In this document: one piece after another, positions 27,229 through 34,055 of the stretch
Position numbering within the stretch: the first letter of the stretch is position 1
How the letters are laid out: each line of letters opens with the position of its first letter
Origin: a bacterium
GTDB lineage: Bacteria; Latescibacterota; UBA2968; UBA8231
Reading direction: 5' to 3'
NCBI GenBank assembly: GCA_027593305.1
Contig: JAQCJA010000002.1
Location: 1 to 34,055, forward strand
Length of the DNA: 34,055 nt
Made by a program: the position numbers and the translations under genes
The notes under the pieces: generated by a model
Seen by the model: the letters and a program-made list of their open reading frames with translations, nothing else
Databases searched by the model: none
What the model was told of the DNA's origin: nothing

Positions 27229-29777
27229 GCCCATCGCCACCGCCGACGGGCGGCCAGACACGCTTGCCCATCCACGATGTGGAGGCACAGATCGTTGCTG
27301 CCGTGGACACGGACGGCGCATTGGTTCTGACGGCTCCCACCGGTTCCGGAAAAACCACGCAGGTGCCGCAGATGCTGCTGCGCGCCGGTGTGGTCGGCCG
27401 CATCCTCGTGCTGCAGCCGCGTCGACTTGCGGCACGACTCGTGGCCCAGCGTGTCGCCGCCGAACTCGGCGCCAGGGTCGGGGGCCTCGTCGGTTTTCAG
27501 ACGCGGCACGAGCGCCACGTCGGCCCCGAAACCCGGATCCTGTTTCTCACCGAGGGGCTTTTTCTGCGCCAGTTGCTGGCCGATCCCCGGCTGACCGGTG
27601 TCGGTGCCGTCATCCTCGATGAGTTCCACGAACGCAGCATCACCGCCGATCTGAGCCTGGGCCTGTGCCGCCAGTTGCGCGACGGATCCCGGCCGGAGCT
27701 GAAACTCGTCGTCATGTCGGCGACGCTGGAGGCCGGTGGGATCGCGGCGTTTCTCTCCTGCCCCAGCATCGCGGCCGAGGGCCGCACCTTCGAGGTCGCC
27801 ATCAGCTATGACGAGGCGCCCGGCGATACGCCTGTGTGGGAACGTGCCGCTGCCGCCCTGCGCCGCTGGCTCGATGAGGGCGGCACGGGGGACGCGCTGC
27901 TCTTTCTGCCGGGGACCCATGAGATCCGGCGCACCGTGGATGCCTGCCGGCGCCGGCTGCACGCAAGGGATGGACTCGTCGAGGTATTGCCTCTGCATGG
28001 CAACCTGCCCCCGGCAGAACAGGACCGGGCCGTACAGCCATCGACGGCGCGCAAGATCATAGTCTCGACGAATGTTGCTGAGACATCGATCACCATCGAT
28101 GGCATCGGTTGTGTCATCGATTCGGGCCTGGCTCGGGTGCACCGGTACGATCCAACACGGGCCGTCAACGCGCTGCTGGTGGAACGGATCTCGCAGGCCT
28201 CCGCCCTGCAGCGCACGGGACGGGCGGGACGCACGGCACCGGGCGTCTGCATACGGCTGTGGCCGCGCGCCGAGGCCCATGCCCGACCGGAGAGGGACAC
28301 ACCCGAAGTACAGCGGGTCGATCTGTCCGAAGCTGTGCTGCGACTGCAGGCCCTGGGTGTTGATGCCGCAGATTTCTGCTGGCTCGACACGCCGCCGCCC
28401 CAGCGCCTGGCGCAGGCCCGGGCCCTGCTGCTCGACCTGGGGGCGATCGATGAGCACGGTTCGCTGACGACGGAGGGCAGGGTCATGGTCGATGTGCCCG
28501 CCCACCCGCGGCTGGCACGGATGCTGCTGGAGGCCAGTCGCCGTGGCGTGGGCCATCGAGCGGCTCTGTGGGCGGCGCTCATTGCCGAGCGCGACATCCT
28601 GCGGCGGCCTCTGGCGCAACGCTATCGCACGCCCCCGGAGCACAACTGGCCGTCTGACATCGGCGTACGCGAGCATGCGTTCAACGCCGCCCGGCAGGCG
28701 CGCTTTGCTGTGGAGCGCTGCAATGAGATCGGTGTACATGCGGGGGCCTGTCGTGACGTGGACCGCGCCGCGCGCCAGTACGGTGCCATCATCGACCGCC
28801 TGACATCGACTGGCCCCGCAGCTGAGGCGCAGCAGGCCGATGCCGAACTGGCCCGCTGCCTGCTTGTCGGGTATGCCGATCACGTCGCCCTGCGCCGCGA
28901 CGTCGAGCAACGCACCTGCGAAATGGATGGGCGTCGACGCGTCGTGCTGGACCGCGACACAGCGGTGGGGGATGCGCCGGTGCTGGTCGTTGTCGAGGCG
29001 CGTGAGGTGGAGGCGTCACGCGCCGACGGTGGCGGCGTGCATACGCTGGTATCACTGGCGACGGCGGTGGAGCCGGCGTGGATCGAACAAGTGCTGCCGG
29101 GCCGCGTCGAGGCGCGCGTGGAGCTTTTCTGGGACCAGCAGGAAGCGGCCGTCATCGAGGTCGAGGCGCTGTATTTTGGCGCTCTGGCGCTGCAGCCCGT
29201 GCGGCGTGTGCCACGGGACCGAGCCGCTGCCGGTCAACTGCTGGCGGCACGGTTCGTTGTCGGCGCGCTGCGTTTCGATACCTGGAACGAGGCAACCGAA
29301 GCCTGGCTGGCTCGGGTTCGTTGCGTCGCCTCGTGGTTTCCTGAGCGCCATCTGCTGGCCTATGACAGTGACGATCTGGCCGTCGTCTACGGCGAGATTG
29401 TCGGCGACAACACGCGCTTCAGTGCTGTGCGTCGCGCGCCGGTCCTCGACCACCTGCGCGGCGCCATGAGCTGGGCGGATCAGCAGTTTGTTGAACAGAT
29501 GGCCCCCGAACGCATCCGCTTGCCGAATGGACACCGCATGAAGATCACCTACACTGCGGGCGAGCCGCCCCGTGGCCGGGCGCGGATACAGGACCTCTAC
29601 GGCCTGCAGGCAACACCCAGAGTGGCCGGTGGTCGCAGCACCGTGCTGCTCGAGATTCTGGCGCCCAACTCCCGCCCGGCGCAGGTTACCGATGACCTGC
29701 AGGGCTTCTGGGAGCACACCTACCCCGCGTTACGCAAGGAGTTGGCAAGACGCTACCCGAAACACGAATGGCGCTGA
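27225..29777 (+). CDS. hrpB: ATP-dependent RNA helicase HrpB (DEAH-box)
   Basis: 850 aa. 'APTGSGKTTQVPQ' (motif I), 'DEFHERS' (DEAH), 'TNVAETSITIDG' and 'QRTGRAGR'. The HrpB-type C-terminus ends in 'RYPKHEWR'. GTGA overlap with the upstream PhyH stop. Confidence 0.9.
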   Translation: MSPSPPPTGGQTRLPIHDVEAQIVAAVDTDGALVLTAPTGSGKTTQVPQMLLRAGVVGRILVLQPRRLAARLVAQRVAAELGARVGGLVGFQTRHERHVGPETRILFLTEGLFLRQLLADPRLTGVGAVILDEFHERSITADLSLGLCRQLRDGSRPELKLVVMSATLEAGGIAAFLSCPSIAAEGRTFEVAISYDEAPGDTPVWERAAAALRRWLDEGGTGDALLFLPGTHEIRRTVDACRRRLHARDGLVEVLPLHGNLPPAEQDRAVQPSTARKIIVSTNVAETSITIDGIGCVIDSGLARVHRYDPTRAVNALLVERISQASALQRTGRAGRTAPGVCIRLWPRAEAHARPERDTPEVQRVDLSEAVLRLQALGVDAADFCWLDTPPPQRLAQARALLLDLGAIDEHGSLTTEGRVMVDVPAHPRLARMLLEASRRGVGHRAALWAALIAERDILRRPLAQRYRTPPEHNWPSDIGVREHAFNAARQARFAVERCNEIGVHAGACRDVDRAARQYGAIIDRLTSTGPAAEAQQADAELARCLLVGYADHVALRRDVEQRTCEMDGRRRVVLDRDTAVGDAPVLVVVEAREVEASRADGGGVHTLVSLATAVEPAWIEQVLPGRVEARVELFWDQQEAAVIEVEALYFGALALQPVRRVPRDRAAAGQLLAARFVVGALRFDTWNEATEAWLARVRCVASWFPERHLLAYDSDDLAVVYGEIVGDNTRFSAVRRAPVLDHLRGAMSWADQQFVEQMAPERIRLPNGHRMKITYTAGEPPRGRARIQDLYGLQATPRVAGGRSTVLLEILAPNSRPAQVTDDLQGFWEHTYPALRKELARRYPKHEWR

Positions 29778-32260
29778 TTGTCCGCTGGCTGTTGGGCGCT
29801 CTGGCAGGGCTGCTCGTCCTCTTTCAATACACCACGATGGCCAAGTTCCAGCCCCTGGCGGCGTCGGTCAGCTACCTCGAGATCGGCAGCTACTGGCACG
29901 CCATCCGTGACCAGGTCGCTCTGGGCCCCGTCGATGCGCTGTTGTTGGGACTGATCGTGGCTCTTTGTCTGGCTGTGGTCATCGTTGAGGCCCGTGGTGC
30001 GCATCTGAGCCGCTTCCTCGGCTCCGTCTGTCGCAGCGAAGGTGCCACCATCGGACTGCTGCTGGCCAGTTCCCTGGTATTCGTCCGTTACTACCTGAGC
30101 CCCGGCCTGTTCAACTGGGCGGCGGACTCGTCGCAGCACATCGCCTACGCCGACATCACAGCCCGTACCATGGCCGCTGGCCAGTTGCCCTTCTGGACCT
30201 ACTACCTGGGCACGGGCTCACCCTACATGCAGTTCTACGGCTTCGTTTTTTTCTGGGTCGTAGGCCTGCTGAATCTGCTGCTCAGCGACACCTTTCTGAG
30301 CCTGAAGATCGTGCTGGCCAGCGGTCATGTGCTGTCGGGTCTGGGCGCCTATGCCGCCGCACGAGCGGGCGGCTGTCGCCGGAGTGCCGCCCTCATCGCC
30401 GGTCTGGCTTTTGTGCTCTGCTTCTGGCACGCGCAACACGTGCTCATCATGGGCCGCCTGCAGCTGTCCATCGTCTATGCCCTGTTGCCCTGGCCGATCT
30501 GGGCCGTAGAGCGCGCCCTGTCCTTGCGGGAGGCTCGCCGGGGCTTGCCGACGGCCTTGTTCGGCGGCGCGCTGCTTGGCGTTCTCGTGCTGGCCCATCC
30601 CGGCTTCGGCTACTGGGCCTGTGCTTTCACCGGCCTCTACAGCCTGGCCCGGCTGCTGGCAGATGGTCTGGCAGATGGTCTGGCTGATGGGCTGGCAGAT
30701 GGCAGGCCGACCTGGCTGCGTGCGAGCCTGCCCGCTGTGACTCTGACGATGGCGCTGGCAGTCGGTGCCGCTCTCGTGTTGCCCATGTGGATGGACAAGG
30801 GCTTCACCGGTCTCGGGGATGGCGACTACAGCCTGGTGGGTACGCCGGATCCAAGCTGGTGGCATGTGCTGGTGTGGTCAAATTTCCGCTTCTGGCTGTG
30901 GCCCCCAAGCCCGGCGGAGTTCAACTGGTACGGAGGGTATCTGGGGCTGTCCCTGGTGGGACTCGCCGGCGTCGGTGTTGTTGCCGGCATGCGGCGCTGG
31001 ACGTGCCGCCGGTCCTCGGGTGCCATGGCCGCCGCCATCTGTCTGCTCGGCGGGCTGATCATGGTCTTCGGCTACCGCACAGGGCTCGTGCGCCTGCTCC
31101 CCAACAGTGAAATTCTGGGTGCAGGTCGATATTTGCTCTTTGTCTCTTTTTTTCTGGCGCTGGCGGCGGGGCACGGCATCCGCTTTCTGCAGGTGCGGAC
31201 ACGGGTTCGGGCCAGACATACCGGTTCCTGGCGGCGCATTGTCGGCCTGGCAACGCTGGTCGTGGTCGCCGATCTGGGTCCCACCACCTTCCAGCAGGCC
31301 TACCGCGACGCCGCCAGCGAGGTGGATACTGCAGGAATTTCGGTCAAATTCTACGAGGGATTCCAGGCCAGAGCCGGGCAGTACGAGGCCCGTGGTGAAC
31401 TGCCCGACTACCGAACCATCTGGGCGCGGGGCGGCATGAGCCGATTCGTCGCCACGGGGTTGCTCTACTTCAACACGCACACACCGATTGCCGATGGACC
31501 CCACCCTGGGGAACTGCACTCGGTGTTCCGTTTCGTGCGCCCCTTCGAGCGTCTCGTCGACGCCGCTGTTGCCCGGAGTCTGGATGCGGGACAGGGACAG
31601 CTGGATGTAGGTCCCACAGTCTACTCCGGTCTGGCCCTGCTCAACGTGCGGTTCCTGTTGTCACGCACGGCCTCCGGCCAGGCCCTCGGCCTCGAGTTGG
31701 CGGACCCGTCACCCATCCATGTGTCGGCGCGGCTGGCGCCGCCACCACCCCCCTCGGCACCGGCGCTGTCACGCATGTTGCACATGGACCTGGACCGGCT
31801 GTTGGCCAACAGTGACCCGCGGGATGTCGCCGGCATGACCCAGGTGATCACGCTGCTGGAAGGCATGGGCGTGGACGCCACGGCCCGTACCTGTCGCACG
31901 TTCTTTGTGGATGAGTTGACAGCCGCCGTTGATCTGGGCACCGACCCCGGCGTTACGGTGCTGGCGCACACGGTCAAGGCACAACGCGTCGAACTGCGTG
32001 TACAGACGACGGCGCGCTGTTTTGCCCGCCTGGCATACGGCTACTACCCGTACGTGGATGTGCGCGTCGATGGCGCCCTGCTGCGACCGCTGGTTACCTC
32101 CGATGGGTTCACCCTCATCGAGCTGGAGGCGGGGGCCCACGACATCGTCCTGCAACCGCATCTGTCGGTACTGCGTGCCAGTCTGCTGTGGATCAGCCTG
32201 GCCCTCGTGCTGGGCGCAACCCTCTGCTACGTCCGCGGTTGCAGACCCCGCGACGCATGA
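29768..32260 (+). CDS. Large polytopic membrane protein, possibly a GT-C-fold glycosyltransferase-like protein, with a periplasmic C-terminal domain and a terminal TM anchor
   Basis: 830 aa. The N-terminal ~500 aa hold about a dozen hydrophobic helices. The loop motif 'AADSSQHIAYAD...GQLPFWTYYLGTGSPYMQFYG' resembles uncharacterised GT-C-like membrane proteins. The gene overlaps the hrpB 3' end by 10 nt. Confidence 0.75.
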   Translation: MALIVRWLLGALAGLLVLFQYTTMAKFQPLAASVSYLEIGSYWHAIRDQVALGPVDALLLGLIVALCLAVVIVEARGAHLSRFLGSVCRSEGATIGLLLASSLVFVRYYLSPGLFNWAADSSQHIAYADITARTMAAGQLPFWTYYLGTGSPYMQFYGFVFFWVVGLLNLLLSDTFLSLKIVLASGHVLSGLGAYAAARAGGCRRSAALIAGLAFVLCFWHAQHVLIMGRLQLSIVYALLPWPIWAVERALSLREARRGLPTALFGGALLGVLVLAHPGFGYWACAFTGLYSLARLLADGLADGLADGLADGRPTWLRASLPAVTLTMALAVGAALVLPMWMDKGFTGLGDGDYSLVGTPDPSWWHVLVWSNFRFWLWPPSPAEFNWYGGYLGLSLVGLAGVGVVAGMRRWTCRRSSGAMAAAICLLGGLIMVFGYRTGLVRLLPNSEILGAGRYLLFVSFFLALAAGHGIRFLQVRTRVRARHTGSWRRIVGLATLVVVADLGPTTFQQAYRDAASEVDTAGISVKFYEGFQARAGQYEARGELPDYRTIWARGGMSRFVATGLLYFNTHTPIADGPHPGELHSVFRFVRPFERLVDAAVARSLDAGQGQLDVGPTVYSGLALLNVRFLLSRTASGQALGLELADPSPIHVSARLAPPPPPSAPALSRMLHMDLDRLLANSDPRDVAGMTQVITLLEGMGVDATARTCRTFFVDELTAAVDLGTDPGVTVLAHTVKAQRVELRVQTTARCFARLAYGYYPYVDVRVDGALLRPLVTSDGFTLIELEAGAHDIVLQPHLSVLRASLLWISLALVLGATLCYVRGCRPRDA
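30656..30703 (+). repeat. 12-bp tandem repeat x4 (ctggcagatggt-like) encoding (LADG)4 inside the membrane protein CDS
   Basis: Read directly: ctggcagatggt / ctggcagatggt / ctggctgatggg / ctggcagatggc. The repeat is in frame with the CDS. Confidence 0.95.
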
Positions 32261-32558
32261 TCCTGCTGCCCGTGGCCCTGCTGGTGTTCGTACGGCTCGC
32301 ACTGCAGTATGTGACTGTCGCCAGATTCGCCGTTCCGCCGCCCGGTGCTGGCTGCGGCAGCGGCACACCGTGACCGAGGCGCGTTTCACGGCATTGGAAC
32401 TGGCTGCGGGCCCCCACTTGGTCGTTCTTCAGCCGCGGATGTCGCCACTGCGGCAGGCGTTGTTGTGGCTCGCAGTGGTCGTGTCTTTGACGACGGCGTG
32501 GTGCTTCCTCCGCGCCCGGCCTGCCCCATCCTCCAACTACGTTGCGGACCCGTCATGA
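32257..32558 (+). pseudogene. Internally deleted, frameshifted remnant of a tandem paralog of the upstream 830-aa membrane protein (or two derived mini-ORFs of 38 and 62 aa)
   Basis: ORF 32257-32373, 'MILLPVALLVFVRLALQYVTVARF', resembles the N-terminus 'MALIVRWLLGALAGLLVLFQYTTMAKF'. ORF 32370-32558, 'TEARFTALELAAGPHLVVLQPRMSPLRQALLWL', is about 50% identical by eye to the C-terminus 'TSDGFTLIELEAGAHDIVLQPHLSVLRASLLWI'. The two pieces lie in different frames. Confidence 0.5.
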
Positions 32559-33664
32559 AAATCACCGACATCAAGACCTGCAGTGCGCGCTTTGGCTACG
32601 TGCGCGTCTATACCGACGAAGGGTTGTACGGAACCGGCGAACTGTCCCATCAGGGCGCGGGGTGGCGGCTGATCGTTGACAGCATGAAGGGTCTGCTGCT
32701 TGGCGAGGATCCACGTGACGTTGACATGTGTTTTGAAAAGGTGCGCCGGGCCTTCATTTTCCGTGGCGGCATGTCGGGACACACGATCTCGGCTCTCAGC
32801 GGCATCGAGATCGCCCTGTGGGACCTGGCGGGCAAAGCGGCCGGCGTGCCGGTGTATCGGTTGCTCGGTGGCAAGTTCCGTGACCGTGTGCGCCTGTACG
32901 TGGATTGCGCCCGTGGCAACTATGCCGAGACCACGCAGCGGGTGCGGGAGGCCGGCTTCACAGCGATGAAGTTCGATCTGGATGATGCCAACCGCCCGGA
33001 GAAGATGGATCGCTGGAACTGGACGGTACATCCCGCCGAACTGGAAGTCATCGTCGCCGAGGCCCACGAGATCCGCGAGGCGGTGGGTCCACACATGGAT
33101 CTGGGTATCGATCTGCATGGTCGATATGATGTGGTCGCCGGACAGAAGATCGCCATCGCTGTGGAGGCGCTGGATCTGATGTGGCTGGAAGAACCGGTGC
33201 CGCCGGAGAACATCGATGCCCTGGCGCAGGTGAAAGCCGCCAGCGGCACGCCGATCTGTGTCGGCGAAAACCTCTACCTGCGCTACGGCTTTCGCGAGTT
33301 GCTGGAAAAGCAGGCGGCGGACATCATCATGCCGGACATATCCAAGTGTGGCGGCCTGTCCGAATGCCGCAAGATCGCCAACATGGCCGAGATCTACTAC
33401 GTGCCCTTTGCACCACACAACAATTCCGGGCCGCTGAGCACCCTGGCCGACGCCCATACCTGTGCCAGTGTCCCCAATTTCCTGGCCCTCGAATACCACC
33501 GCTTCCGCGATGAAGGTATGGAAAACATCCTGATGAAAGACGAACCCTTGATCGAGCAGGGCCATGTCGTGCTCAACCAGAAACCAGGTCTCGGCGCTGA
33601 GCTGGATGAGGACTACGTCCGCACCATGATGCCCGCAGAGGATGACGGGGAGCTGTGGCGATGA
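32555..33664 (+). CDS. Enolase-superfamily enzyme (mandelate racemase/muconate lactonizing family, sugar-acid dehydratase-like)
   Basis: The start is taken at 'MKITDIKT' (ATG 32555). 'IEIALWDLAGKAAGVPVYRLLGG', 'DLHGR', 'WLEEP', 'GENL' and 'PHN' are consistent with galactonate/mannonate-dehydratase-type members. Confidence 0.85.
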   Translation: MKITDIKTCSARFGYVRVYTDEGLYGTGELSHQGAGWRLIVDSMKGLLLGEDPRDVDMCFEKVRRAFIFRGGMSGHTISALSGIEIALWDLAGKAAGVPVYRLLGGKFRDRVRLYVDCARGNYAETTQRVREAGFTAMKFDLDDANRPEKMDRWNWTVHPAELEVIVAEAHEIREAVGPHMDLGIDLHGRYDVVAGQKIAIAVEALDLMWLEEPVPPENIDALAQVKAASGTPICVGENLYLRYGFRELLEKQAADIIMPDISKCGGLSECRKIANMAEIYYVPFAPHNNSGPLSTLADAHTCASVPNFLALEYHRFRDEGMENILMKDEPLIEQGHVVLNQKPGLGAELDEDYVRTMMPAEDDGELWR

Positions 33665-34055
33665 CGCGACTCGGTGTTGTCGGCTACGGCCGCCGCATCC
33701 ACGGCATGATCGCCGGACCGTTCCGCCAGATCGACGCAGACGTGTCTGTCGTGGCCATCGTCGACCCGGATGAGGCGGCGGTGCGCGAACGCCTGCAGGA
33801 GTGCGATCGTGGCGCTGTCGTGTTCTACGAGAGCATCGATGCCATGATGCGCAGCGCCAGACTGGATGCCGTGGCAGTGGGCACACGCTGCAACCTGCAC
33901 GCCGGGATCGCCAGCGAACTGGCCTCCTTCGACGTGCCGCTGTTTCTGGAGAAGCCGGTGGCCATCACAATGGACCAGGCGGTGGCGCTTGAACACGCCT
34001 TTGACGGTTCGCGCTGTCCCGTGGTTGTCAGTTTCCCTTTGCGTGTGTCGCCGCT
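33661..34055 (+). CDS. Gfo/Idh/MocA family oxidoreductase (3'-truncated by the window end)
   Basis: Absent from the ORF track because there is no stop codon within the window. My own translation from ATG 33661 (ATGA overlap with the enolase-family stop) gives 'MTRLGVVGYGRRIHG...LFLEKPVAITMDQA', with Rossmann and EKP motifs. Confidence 0.75.
   Translation, partial: MTRLGVVGYGRRIHGMIAGPFRQIDADVSVVAIVDPDEAAVRERLQECDRGAVVFYESIDAMMRSARLDAVAVGTRCNLHAGIASELASFDVPLFLEKPVAITMDQAVALEHAFDGSRCPVVVSFPLRVSP

Noticed and set aside
30656-30703. Whether the tandem 12-bp repeats could be a CRISPR-like or other non-coding array.
   Set aside because: The units are contiguous with no spacers, number only four, and are in frame within a long CDS. 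This is a coding microsatellite, not a CRISPR array.

Overview
This is a gene-dense, high-GC bacterial chromosomal segment. I call 31 protein-coding genes (one 3'-partial), 26 of them on the + strand, plus one gene remnant. I found no rRNA, tRNA, CRISPR array, transposase or integrase.

Many neighbouring genes share 4-nt ATGA/GTGA stop-start overlaps, which indicates translationally coupled operons. These lie at 835, 8178, 9137, 10129, 23506, 24348, 27225, 32257, 32370, 32555 and 33661.

The content is mostly accessory carbohydrate and small-molecule metabolism:
- Three phytanoyl-CoA-dioxygenase (PhyH) family proteins and four Gfo/Idh/MocA oxidoreductases.
- A putative sulfated-glycan operon at 4305-10719: DUF4838 lipoprotein, sulfatase, beta-propeller glycosidase-like protein, amidohydrolase and GNAT.
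- A CE15-like esterase/SGNH hydrolase/oxidoreductase/GGCT-like cluster.
- An MFS/oxidoreductase/hydrolase/PhyH cassette.
- An enolase-superfamily dehydratase, a gluconolactonase and a DmpA-type peptidase.

Signalling and housekeeping genes are interspersed: an HDOD protein, an orphan sensor histidine kinase with 7 or more TM helices, hrpB, a glutaredoxin-like protein, an FMN reductase and a DUF423 protein.

I could not identify a clear new multi-gene system such as a defence island. The observations most worth follow-up are:
- A collapsed tandem paralog of the 830-aa membrane protein, whose two leftover mini-ORFs keep the stop-start overlaps.
- A PhyH paralog whose iron-binding motif reads H-x-G rather than H-x-D.
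- hrpB fused into an operon between a PhyH gene and a GT-C-like membrane protein.
- A Cys-rich insert in one Gfo/Idh/MocA enzyme.

All functional calls come from motif recognition by eye; no searches were run.
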